From Haloferax volcanii DS2 (GTDB lineage: Archaea > Halobacteriota > Halobacteria > Halobacteriales > Haloferacaceae), in assembly GCF_000025685.1 (NCBI RefSeq), contig NC_013967.1, positions 810,001 to 842,000 of the forward strand: a stretch of 32,000 nucleotides of DNA, written 5' to 3'. The notes under the pieces are model-generated. The model ran no database searches. It was not told the DNA's origin and was given only the letters and a program-made list of their open reading frames with translations. A program made the position numbers and the translations under genes. Shown piece by piece: positions 10,753 through 18,790 of this stretch. The stretch's first letter is position 1. Each line of letters starts with the position of its first letter.

Positions 10753-11507
10753 CGCTCCTCGAAACCGAGAACCTCGTCAAGGAGTTCGGCGGCCTCGTCG
10801 CCACCGACGACGTGAACCTCACCGTCGAGGAGGACGAGCGCGTCTCCATCATCGGACCCAACGGCGCGGGGAAGTCGACGCTCATCAACCTCATCACGCG
10901 ACGGCTCGGCCCCACCAGCGGCGACATCCGCTTCAAAGGCGAGTCAATCGTCGGCCTCGAACCGCACCAGGTGGTCCAACGCGGCGTCTCGAAGTCGTTC
11001 CAGACCGCTTCCATCTTCCCCGACCTCACCGTCAGGGAGAACGCCGAAATCGCGGCGCTGGCGGCCGAGCGCGGCGCGTTCGGCTTCGAGTTCCTGAGAC
11101 ATCGCGACAGCCTCACGGACGTACACGGCGTCGCCCGCGACACGCTCGACTCGGTCGGGCTGTTGGACCGCGCGGACACTATCGCGACCGACCTCCCCTA
11201 CGGCGACAAGCGTCGCCTCGAAATCGGTATCGCACTCGCGAGCGAGCCCGACCTGCTCCTCATGGACGAACCGACCGCCGGCATGTCTCCCGAGGAGACG
11301 AAGTCGACGGTCGACCTCATCGAGCAGGTCAAACGCGACCACGGCCTCACGTTCGTCCTCGTCGAACACGACATGGAAATCGTCTTCAGCATCTCAGACC
11401 GCATCGTCGTCCTCAGCCGCGGCGGCATCATCGCCGAGGGCACCCCCGACGAGATTCGGGGTAACGAAGCCGTCCAAGAGGCCTACCTCGGGGGTGTCGA
11501 GCTATGA
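10749..11507 (+). CDS. livG: branched-chain amino acid ABC transporter ATP-binding protein
   Basis: Walker A GPNGAGKST, signature-region YGDKRRLEIG, Walker B LLLMDEPTAG. ATGA overlap with livF at 11504-11507. Confidence 0.92.
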   Translation: MTLLETENLVKEFGGLVATDDVNLTVEEDERVSIIGPNGAGKSTLINLITRRLGPTSGDIRFKGESIVGLEPHQVVQRGVSKSFQTASIFPDLTVRENAEIAALAAERGAFGFEFLRHRDSLTDVHGVARDTLDSVGLLDRADTIATDLPYGDKRRLEIGIALASEPDLLLMDEPTAGMSPEETKSTVDLIEQVKRDHGLTFVLVEHDMEIVFSISDRIVVLSRGGIIAEGTPDEIRGNEAVQEAYLGGVEL

Positions 11508-12247
11508 GTCTCCTCGAAATCGACGCCATCGACGCCTACTACGGCGAGAGCCACATCATCCGCGACCTCTCGATGAGCGTCGAGGAAGGCGAGATATGCG
11601 CGCTCCTCGGCCGCAACGGCGCGGGCAAGACCACCACGCTCCGGTGTATCGCCGGCGCGACGCCGCCCGAAGTACGGGAGGGCACTATCCGGTTCAAAGA
11701 CGACGACATCACGGGCGTCCCCGCCGAAGACGTGTCGGTCCGGGGCATCTCGCTGGTGCCCGAGGAGCGGCGCATCTTCCCGAACCTCTCCGTCGCCGAG
11801 AACCTCCACCTCGCGGAGGTCGTCAACAACAAGTCGAACACCTTCGGCCGGTCGCTGTCGTTCGGCCACAAGGGGATGTCGACCGAGGAGGTCTACGACC
11901 AGTTCCCCCGACTGGACGAGCGGCGAGACCAGCGCGCGGGGACGCTTTCGGGCGGCGAACAGCAGATGCTCGCCATCGCGCGCGCCCTGAAGCAGAACAC
12001 GGACCTGCTGCTCCTCGACGAGCCCTACGAGGGGCTCGCGCCGAAGATTATCGAGGACGTTGAGGACGCGGTCGAGCGCATCAGCGACGCGGGCACGACC
12101 ATCCTGCTCGTCGAGCAGAACGCCGCGGCGGCCATCAAACTCGCGGACCGCGCGTACGTCATCGACCAAGGGGGCATCGTCTTCGACGGGACCGCCGAGG
12201 AACTCCGCGACGACGACGAGACTCGCGAGCGGTATCTGGGGGTTTGA
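11504..12247 (+). CDS. livF: branched-chain amino acid ABC transporter ATP-binding protein
   Basis: Walker A GRNGAGKTT, signature LSGGEQQML, Walker B LLLLDEPYEGL. C-terminal ...RERYLGV is typical of LivF. Confidence 0.92.
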   Translation: MSLLEIDAIDAYYGESHIIRDLSMSVEEGEICALLGRNGAGKTTTLRCIAGATPPEVREGTIRFKDDDITGVPAEDVSVRGISLVPEERRIFPNLSVAENLHLAEVVNNKSNTFGRSLSFGHKGMSTEEVYDQFPRLDERRDQRAGTLSGGEQQMLAIARALKQNTDLLLLDEPYEGLAPKIIEDVEDAVERISDAGTTILLVEQNAAAAIKLADRAYVIDQGGIVFDGTAEELRDDDETRERYLGV

Positions 12248-12249
12248 GG

Positions 12250-12930
12250 ATGGCTGCGACCGACATCGACGCCGACCCCGAGACCGCGCTCGAAACGCTC
12301 ATCGCCGCCGGCGCGGTCGACGAAGCGCCCGACGGAACGCTCTCGACCACGGCGGAGTTCGAGAAGACGCTCGCCGTCTACCACGACATCTACGGGGCGG
12401 TCTCGACCGAGGAGTTCCACCGGACCGTCTCCGAGCTCTTCGGCGTCGCCCCCGAGAACGTCGAGGCGCGACTCGACGAGTTCGGCGTCACCAGAGCCGA
12501 CGTGGTGGCCTATCTCGCGGCCAAGTCGTTCCTCGACGCGCCGGTTGGCCAGGACCTCCTTCTGGTCATGGCGGGCCTGCTCGTCGAGATAACCCCGTCG
12601 TCGCCGGTGCCGGACGCCCTCGACGAACTCGACGACGACTCCTTCGAATCGTACCTCGCGGCGCACCCGGACGCCGTCGTCCTCGTGTGGCGACGCTTCT
12701 GTGAGCCCTGCGACGCGATGAAAGCGGACCTCGACGCCATCCTCGACCGCGTCCCAGACGGGGTCGCGGTCGCGGGGGTCGACGGCGAGGCGGCCGACGA
12801 GTTCTGTCGGCGCTTCGACGTCGACTCTGCGCCGACGCTCCTGTGCGTTCGTGACGGCGAACTGCGAGAACGAGCGTCCGGCCGCCAGACCCCCGCTGAG
12901 GTCGCGGCCGTCCTCGACCGGGTGTACTAG
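12250..12930 (+). CDS. thioredoxin-fold protein (CxxC = CEPC) with an unknown N-terminal domain
   Basis: ATG 12250 lies 2 nt after the livF stop. The C-terminal approximately 95 aa (VVLVWRRFCEPCDAMKADLD...APTLLCVRDGE) match a thioredoxin fold with a CxxC active site. The N-terminal approximately 130 aa were not recognised. Its stop TAG shares the palindrome CTAG (12927-12930) with the stop of the convergent usp gene. Confidence 0.7.
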   Translation: MAATDIDADPETALETLIAAGAVDEAPDGTLSTTAEFEKTLAVYHDIYGAVSTEEFHRTVSELFGVAPENVEARLDEFGVTRADVVAYLAAKSFLDAPVGQDLLLVMAGLLVEITPSSPVPDALDELDDDSFESYLAAHPDAVVLVWRRFCEPCDAMKADLDAILDRVPDGVAVAGVDGEAADEFCRRFDVDSAPTLLCVRDGELRERASGRQTPAEVAAVLDRVY

Positions 12931-13331
12931 CGTTTCCGCTTCGTCGACCCCGTCACCATGACGGGGCGGTCGGAGTTCAGAATCACCGTCTGCGTGACGC
13001 TCCCGAACAGCGCCTTGCCCGCGGGCGAGCGCTTCCGCCCGGCGGTGACGATGAGGTCCGCGTCCTCCTCGTCTGCGAACTCGATGATGACCTCCGCGGG
13101 GTCGCCCGACGACTCGTTGACGTCGTACTCGATACCGCGGTCTTCGAGGAACTCGCCGGCCTCCCGGACCGAGTGAATCTGCGTCGCCGACGCCCCGCTC
13201 GGGTTGTCGGTGAAACTGTGGACGAGCGTCACTTCCTTCTCGTCGGGTTCGCCGGGGAGTTTCGCGACCTCTTCGACGCACGCGAGCGCGTGTTCCGCGT
13301 CGTCATCGACACCGATTACCACGTGGTACAT
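12927..13331 (-). CDS. universal stress protein (UspA family)
   Basis: 134 aa with MYHVVIGVDDD... at the N-terminus and a C-terminal G..GS...G-type ATP-binding motif (VTAGRKRSPAGKALFGSVTQTVILNSDRPVMV). Confidence 0.85.
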   Translation of the reverse strand: MYHVVIGVDDDAEHALACVEEVAKLPGEPDEKEVTLVHSFTDNPSGASATQIHSVREAGEFLEDRGIEYDVNESSGDPAEVIIEFADEEDADLIVTAGRKRSPAGKALFGSVTQTVILNSDRPVMVTGSTKRKR

Positions 13332-13385
13332 ACTATCACGTCCCGGTCGTCGGGCTTAGTATTTGTGATGAACGATAATGCTGAA

Positions 13386-13640
13386 TTAGGCCGCGTCGTC
13401 GAGGCCGGCCGAGACGTAGACGACGAGCGCGAGCGGGACGCCGAGGACGAGTGCGATGGTCAGCGCGCCGTAGGCCGCGAAACCGGCCGGCGTCGGTGGA
13501 AACGGCACCAAGAAGAGAAACCGGGGCGCGCTGAGACCCGAGACGAACGTCCCGGTGAGGTAGCCCGCGACTCCGGCGACGGCGACGAGGGCGGCGTACA
13601 ACCCGAGGACGAAGCGATGACCGCCGACGTTCGAACTCAC
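13386..13640 (-). CDS. small hypothetical membrane protein (84 aa, 2 predicted TM helices)
   Basis: Two long hydrophobic stretches (FVLGLYAALVAVAGVAGYL and AAYGALTIALVLGVPLALVVYV) with an ATG start. The alternative frames here are Arg-rich junk. Confidence 0.55.
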   Translation of the reverse strand: MSSNVGGHRFVLGLYAALVAVAGVAGYLTGTFVSGLSAPRFLFLVPFPPTPAGFAAYGALTIALVLGVPLALVVYVSAGLDDAA

Positions 13641-13745
13641 GGCCGACGTTCGGGAGCGGACGTTGTTAGGGTTTCCGTTCGGCTCGTCGGGTCGGCGGCC
13701 CCGGCGTACCGATGCACCTTTTGCCGCACGCGCTAAGGTCGGAGT

Positions 13746-13829
13746 ATGTCGGATACCGATATCCTCGGACTCGTGCTCGGGGCCATCGCGATACTGATGC
13801 TCGCGACGGGCATCCTCCTCGTCGTCTGA
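13746..13829 (+). CDS. candidate 27-aa hydrophobic micro-protein (below the ORF-track size cut-off)
   Basis: Hand translation gives ATG..TGA: MSDTDILGLVLGAIAILMLATGILLVV. That is an acidic N-terminus followed by one TM-length hydrophobic helix. The codon third positions are GC-rich like real genes here. No homology check was possible. Confidence 0.3.
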   Translation: MSDTDILGLVLGAIAILMLATGILLVV

Positions 13830-14005
13830 GCCCCCGCCGCTTTTCCGCGTCGCCGCCGCCGAGAGCGGCCGCTTCTCTCCAGTCGTGACTCCCGTCGCCC
13901 GCGAGCGGCGGCGCTGACGAGCGCTCGAATACGGACTGCATCGAGCGACACCCCGCCTGCGAGCACGGACAGTCGGCGTCGTCGCGCGCGTTCGCTCTCG
14001 CTCTC

Positions 14006-14027
14006 GAAAACAGCGTCCGAAAAATAA
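14006..14027 (-). terminator. oligo-T tracts downstream of coxA
   Basis: The minus strand reads TTATTTTTC and CTGTTTTC within about 50 nt after the coxA stop (14054-14056). Archaeal RNA polymerase terminates at oligo-T tracts. Confidence 0.4.
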
Positions 14028-14053
14028 CCCGAACCGCCAGCGAGCGGCGTCGA

Positions 14054-15853
14054 TTACGCGTCGTCAGCGGAGTTCGCGTCCGCGTCCGCGTCGTCGACCG
14101 TCTGCCCGCCGTCGGTGGCGAGTTCGGTCTCGTCTTCGCCGCCGTCGGTGACGGCCGTCTCCAGTTTGCGCTCGAACCAGGTCCACTCGGCGGTGGTGAG
14201 GTCGTCGGCGGCGAGGTCCCACGGGTCGCCGTCTTCGACCTTGCGACCTTCGAGCCACGACTGGACGAAGTTCCAAACGAATATCATCTGTCCGACGAGC
14301 AGGATGAGCGCGCCGACCGTCGCGACCTGATGGAGCGTCGCGAACTGCGGCAGGTAGGTCGCGTAGCGACGCGGCATACCGCCGTAGCCGAGCAGAATCA
14401 TCGCGAAGAACGTCAGGTTCGTCCCGACCATCGAGAGCCAGAAGTGCCACTTACCGAGCGTGACCTGGTACATCCGGCCGGTGTAGATGGGGAACCAGTA
14501 GTAGAGGCCAGCGAAGCCGGCGAAGGCGATGGCACCCATGACGATGTAGTGGAAGTGACCGACGACGTAGTAGGTGTCGTGGAGCACGAGGTCCACCGGA
14601 ATCGACGCGAGGAAGACGCCCGTCACGCCGCCGAGGATGAAGTTCGACACGAAGCCGATACAGAAGAGCATCGGCGTCGTGAGGCGAATCTTCCCGTTCC
14701 ACATCGTCGTGATCCAGTTGAACGTCTTCACCGCACTCGGAATCGCAATGGCGAGCGAGACGGCCATGAACGACGCACGGAGACGGGGGTCGATACCCGT
14801 CGCGAACATGTGGTGCGCCCAGACACCGAACGAGAGGACACCAATGGCGAGCGTGGAGTACACGACGAACTTGAACCCGAAGAGGCGACGGCCCGCAAAG
14901 CGGGGGAGCACGAGGCTCACGATACCCATCGGGGGAAGCACGAGGATGTACACTTCGGGGTGACCGAAGAACCAAAACAGGTGCTGCCAGAGAATTGCGC
15001 CGCCGTCGACCGAGAAGAACATCGTTCCGAAGTTCCGGTCGAGAAGCAGCATGAGAATCGCGCTACCGAGGAGCGGGAACGCGAACAGGATGAGACCAGA
15101 CTGGGTGAGGACCGTCCACGAGAAGATGTCGAGGTTGGCCCACGAGACCTTCTCGTCACGCTCCGTGAAGATGGTCGCAATGAAGTTGATCGCACCCATC
15201 GTGGCCGAGACACCCGAGAGGTGCAGGCCGAGAAGCATCAGGTCCACACCGGCGTTTACCTGGTTTCCGGAGCCGGCACCGGCCGAAAGCGGTGTGTACA
15301 TGGTCCAGGCCGTCTGCGCCGGGATGACGTCCGGGATGGGGAAGAACCCGGCCCAGATGAGCAGCGCCGCCGGCGGCAGGAGCCAGAACGCGATGGCGTT
15401 GATACGCGGGAACGCCATGTCGTCGGCACCAATGAGAAGCGGGATGAAGTAGTTCGAGAACGCGGCGAGGATGGGCGTCCCGAACAAAAACAGCATCGTA
15501 ATCCCGTGGCTTGTGAGCAACGAGTTGTAGAACGTGTTCGAGATAAGCGTCATCGACGGGTCCGCCAGTTCAATCCGCATCAGGACGACCATGAGACCCC
15601 CCACGGCGAACGCGACGAGCGCGTATGCGCCGTAGAGCATCCCGATGTCCTTGTGGTCGACCGTCGTCAACCAACGGATGACCCCGGATGGTTTCTCCTC
15701 CGAGACGTACTGCTCTGCGGTACCACCGACCGTCCCTCCGCCCGCGAGCGGAGTGTACGACCGCCAGTCTTCGACCCGCGCGAGCCACGCGGCGACGGCG
15801 ATGAGGAAGACCCCCATGAGCACCGTCAGTGCTAACTGTCCGTTAACCTCCAT
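14054..15853 (-). CDS. coxA: heme-copper (cox-type) terminal oxidase subunit I
   Basis: 599 aa with WLTTVDHKDIGMLY, the Cu-B/heme ligand regions (WFFGHPEVYILVLP, HHMF, VVGHFHYIVMG) and at least 12 TM helices. The C-terminal tail is acidic. Confidence 0.93.
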   Translation of the reverse strand: MEVNGQLALTVLMGVFLIAVAAWLARVEDWRSYTPLAGGGTVGGTAEQYVSEEKPSGVIRWLTTVDHKDIGMLYGAYALVAFAVGGLMVVLMRIELADPSMTLISNTFYNSLLTSHGITMLFLFGTPILAAFSNYFIPLLIGADDMAFPRINAIAFWLLPPAALLIWAGFFPIPDVIPAQTAWTMYTPLSAGAGSGNQVNAGVDLMLLGLHLSGVSATMGAINFIATIFTERDEKVSWANLDIFSWTVLTQSGLILFAFPLLGSAILMLLLDRNFGTMFFSVDGGAILWQHLFWFFGHPEVYILVLPPMGIVSLVLPRFAGRRLFGFKFVVYSTLAIGVLSFGVWAHHMFATGIDPRLRASFMAVSLAIAIPSAVKTFNWITTMWNGKIRLTTPMLFCIGFVSNFILGGVTGVFLASIPVDLVLHDTYYVVGHFHYIVMGAIAFAGFAGLYYWFPIYTGRMYQVTLGKWHFWLSMVGTNLTFFAMILLGYGGMPRRYATYLPQFATLHQVATVGALILLVGQMIFVWNFVQSWLEGRKVEDGDPWDLAADDLTTAEWTWFERKLETAVTDGGEDETELATDGGQTVDDADADANSADDA

Positions 15854-15915
15854 GGAAGTGACTGAGTAGTGCAGGGTAATGAAAGATTCGGGACCGCCCT
15901 GCGATTCGAGGTGCT

Positions 15916-16275
15916 TTAAGCCGTCTCGTCCGCGGCTTCGACGGCGTCGTCAGCCGGCGATTCTTCGAGTTCGGCCGCTCCCTCGCTCTCTTCTTCGTGA
16001 AGCGGCTTCGCACCGGGGACCGTCGCCCGACCCGGCGCGTAGACGGTGCCTTCCTTCTCGGAGCCGGCGATGGCCTTCCCCGAGAGGTAGGTGAGCGCCG
16101 CGAGGAGCACGAACGGCGCGATGAGGAGCGTGTACTGGAGTCCCGAGGTGAGCGATTCGAACCCAAACGGATTGACGAAGGTGAACGCCACCACGAAAAA
16201 CAGGATGATGGCCAGCGGAACCATGTTGACCGTGAGGTCGAGGATGGTGTCCTTGTCGAACGTCTTGGTTGCCAT
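15916..16275 (-). CDS. small membrane protein of the cox cluster (2 TM plus acidic tail)
   Basis: Start set at ATG 16273-16275 (MATKTFDKDTILD...). The upstream ATG at 16302 falls inside the TATA-like box. It lies immediately upstream of coxA on the same strand. Haloarchaeal annotations call such neighbours cox cluster proteins, and I could not verify family membership. Confidence 0.6.
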   Translation of the reverse strand: MATKTFDKDTILDLTVNMVPLAIILFFVVAFTFVNPFGFESLTSGLQYTLLIAPFVLLAALTYLSGKAIAGSEKEGTVYAPGRATVPGAKPLHEEESEGAAELEESPADDAVEAADETA

Positions 16276-16296
16276 ATCGAGACACTCGGGGACGCC

Positions 16297-16311
16297 GTTC
16301 AAATAGATTGT
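16297..16311 (-). promoter_or_regulatory. TATA-like box (minus strand CAATCTATTTGAACG)
   Basis: It lies 22-36 nt upstream of ATG 16275, consistent with a leaderless transcript covering 15916..16275 plus coxA. Confidence 0.4.
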
Positions 16312-16377
16312 TGGTTTCTCGTCCGACTGTGGGGAGTGGGAACGGCCGCGGGGTCGCCCGTGGGTCGCCCACGGCGG

Positions 16378-16743
16378 TCAGAACGTCTGTCGCTGTTCGC
16401 GGACGAACAGTTCGAAGACGACGCCGCCGACCGCCAGCAGAATCGCGGCCGCGATGACCGCGTAGCCCCGGGTCACGAGGGCGATGTCGGTGAACGCGAG
16501 CCCCGCGCCGAACGCGAGGAAGACGACCGCAAGCGCGGTGACTGCGCGAATCGTCGAGGTGACGTAGCCGGACTCCTTGAGGATGCCGATGACGCTCCCG
16601 CCGAACAGGAGCAGCCCGCCGACGGCGAGTGGAAACAGGCCAAACAGCAGACCCAACTCGGAGATGGGTATCCCGAGCGCGATGAACACGGGCCACGGAC
16701 TGGCCGTGCGGTACTGGTCGGAGAGTCCCGGCGCTTCGTCCAT
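16378..16743 (-). CDS. hypothetical integral membrane protein (about 4 TM), cox cluster
   Basis: 121 aa, almost entirely hydrophobic helices (PVFIALGIPISELGLLFGLFPLAVGGLLLFGG...). Same strand as coxA and upstream of it. Confidence 0.6.
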   Translation of the reverse strand: MDEAPGLSDQYRTASPWPVFIALGIPISELGLLFGLFPLAVGGLLLFGGSVIGILKESGYVTSTIRAVTALAVVFLAFGAGLAFTDIALVTRGYAVIAAAILLAVGGVVFELFVREQRQTF

Positions 16744-16788
16744 ACGCGTCCGTTGGACTGTGTGGTAACAAGCCCTTCGGAACCGAGA

Positions 16789-16992
16789 CTAGCGGAGAGA
16801 GATACCCTGCCGGGCGAGGAAGTCGCTGACTGCGCGAATCTCGACGGGGCTTCCGATAATCCGGCACGTCTCTCCGTCCGCTCGGTGGACGGAGACGACG
16901 AACTCCGCTTCGAGGTCGTCGCGCACGCTTTCCAAGAGGTCGCAGGGGAGCACGATTTGCGTGCTGTCGCGAAGCGTCCGGGGGTCGGGCAT
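16789..16992 (-). CDS. small soluble hypothetical protein (67 aa)
   Basis: ATG start, acidic composition, clean ORF (MPDPRTLRDSTQIVLPCDLLESVRDDLEAEF...). It is divergent from drg. No function recognised. Confidence 0.5.
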   Translation of the reverse strand: MPDPRTLRDSTQIVLPCDLLESVRDDLEAEFVVSVHRADGETCRIIGSPVEIRAVSDFLARQGISLR

Positions 16993-17149
16993 CGGTGTTC
17001 ATCGGGCGGTCGAAGGGGTCGTGTATAACCGTGCCGATACTTGTTTTCCCGCGTACGCGCGACCGCCACGATATCCGACGCGTCGGCCCGGCGGAATCCG
17101 CCGCGCGGAAGGAAAGGGTTTTTCGACGGACGCGGCGGAACTGTTGACG

Positions 17150-18259
17150 ATGGGACTGGAGGAGGAGATCGAAGATATCCGCGAGGAGATATCTAACACG
17201 CCGTACAACAAGTCGACCGAGGCGCACATCGGTCGGCTGAAGGCGAAACTCGCGGAACTGAAAGAGAAACTCGAAAACCAGAGTTCGGCCGGCGGCGGCC
17301 AAGGGTACGCCGTCGAGAAGACCGGCGACGCGACGGTCGCGCTCGTCGGCTTCCCGAGCGTCGGCAAATCGACGCTCATCAACGCGCTCACCAACGCCGA
17401 CAGCGAGACCGGCGAGTACGAGTTCACGACGCTCAACGTCAACCCGGGGATGCTGAAGTACAAGGGCGCGAACATCCAGATACTCGACGTGCCGGGCCTC
17501 ATCGAAGGGGCCGCTGGCGGCCGCGGCGGCGGCAAGGAGGTCCTCTCTGTCGTCCGCACCGCCGACATCGTCGTGTTCATGCTCTCGGTGTTCGAAATCG
17601 AGCGCTACGAGCGACTGCAACAGGAGCTTTACAACAACAAGATTCGTCTCGACACGTCGCCGCCGAACCTCTCTATCAACAAGAAGGGGAAAGGCGGCAT
17701 CAACGTCACCAAAAGCGACAGCGTCGACCTCGAAGAGGAGACCATCAAGGGCATCCTCCGCGAGCACGGCTTCGTCAACGCCGAGGTGACGCTCCGCGGC
17801 GAGACGACCATCGACGAACTCGTCGACGGCATCATGAAAAACCGGGTGTACCTGCCGTCTATCGTCGCCGTCAACAAGGCCGACCTCATCGACAAGGACT
17901 ACCTCCCGACGGTCGAGGAGAACCTCCGCGAAGTCGGGCTCGACCCCGACGAGGTGACGTTCATCAGCGCCGAGGCCGAGAAGGGCCTCGACGCGCTCAA
18001 AGAGGAGATTTGGGACGCGCTCGGGCTCATCCGCATCTACATGGACAAACCCGGCCGCGGCGTCGACTACGACGAACCGCTCGTCCTCCGGGGGGGCGAC
18101 ACCATCGACGACGCCATCCACGAACTCGGTGCCAAACTCGACGAGCGGTTCCGGTTCGCCCGCGTCTCCGGCCCGAGCGCGAAACACGACGACCAGCAGG
18201 TCGGCCGCGACCACGTCCTCGCCGACGAGGACGTGCTCCGCATCATCGCCCAGCGGTGA
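17150..18259 (+). CDS. drg: Drg/Obg-family GTP-binding protein with C-terminal TGS domain
   Basis: Start at ATG 17150 (MGLEEEIEDIREEISNTPYNKSTEAHIGRLKAKLA). G1 is GFPSVGKST, G3 is DVPGLIEGA, G4 is NKADL. The TGS-like C-terminus reads IRIYMDKPG...P.VLRGG.T. The ORF-track start at 16961 is an upstream non-coding extension. Confidence 0.9.
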   Translation: MGLEEEIEDIREEISNTPYNKSTEAHIGRLKAKLAELKEKLENQSSAGGGQGYAVEKTGDATVALVGFPSVGKSTLINALTNADSETGEYEFTTLNVNPGMLKYKGANIQILDVPGLIEGAAGGRGGGKEVLSVVRTADIVVFMLSVFEIERYERLQQELYNNKIRLDTSPPNLSINKKGKGGINVTKSDSVDLEEETIKGILREHGFVNAEVTLRGETTIDELVDGIMKNRVYLPSIVAVNKADLIDKDYLPTVEENLREVGLDPDEVTFISAEAEKGLDALKEEIWDALGLIRIYMDKPGRGVDYDEPLVLRGGDTIDDAIHELGAKLDERFRFARVSGPSAKHDDQQVGRDHVLADEDVLRIIAQR

Positions 18260-18747
18260 CGACCGACTCGGCGCCCCGGTCGGCGTCGCGGTCGCCCGCG
18301 CGTCGCCGCCTCCGGCTACTCCTCGTCTTCGTCCTCGGTCTCGTCCCGTGGTCCGTCCAGACGTTCACCACCGGGAGCGCCACGCTCCTGTTCCCGTGGG
18401 GGCTCGTCGGCCCCGCGACGGGGAGCGTGACGACCATCACCGACTTCTTCCTGCGCTTTACGATGGGACTTCCGGACTACATCCTCGTCTGGCCGGTCGG
18501 CGTCGCCTGTTACCTCGTCGCGCTCGGAAGCGCGCTCTCGGGCGTCCTGTTCGGCCGCGAGGACGTTCGGATCACCGCGGCCGGGCTCGCCCTCGCCGGC
18601 GTGACCCAGTTGGAGGTCGCCCGCGGCTTTTCGGTCCAACCCGGTCGAACCGCGTGGCCGGTCGGGACCGTTCTCTTGTGGGCCGTGGCGGGGTTCTTGT
18701 ACTGGTCACGCGCGAACGAGCGCGACGCCGACGGCTCCTCGCGCTGA
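18256..18747 (+). CDS. hypothetical membrane protein (about 4 TM)
   Basis: The hydrophobic body (LLLVFVLGLVPW..., ILVWPVGVACYLVALGSAL..., VLLWAVAGFLYW) has no ATG. The proposed GTG start at 18256 overlaps the drg stop (GTGA). The start is uncertain. Confidence 0.5.
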   Translation: MTTDSAPRSASRSPARRRLRLLLVFVLGLVPWSVQTFTTGSATLLFPWGLVGPATGSVTTITDFFLRFTMGLPDYILVWPVGVACYLVALGSALSGVLFGREDVRITAAGLALAGVTQLEVARGFSVQPGRTAWPVGTVLLWAVAGFLYWSRANERDADGSSR

Positions 18748-18790
18748 GCGCAACACACAAAACCGAACGACGCGTCCGCTCTCCTCTCGC

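Noticed and set aside
16340-16365. A tandem near-repeat GGGTCGCCCGT/GGGTCGCCCAC between two cox-cluster ORFs.
   Set aside because: Only two units of 11 bp in GC-rich spacer. This is compatible with chance or a small slippage event, and no structure or function can be argued.
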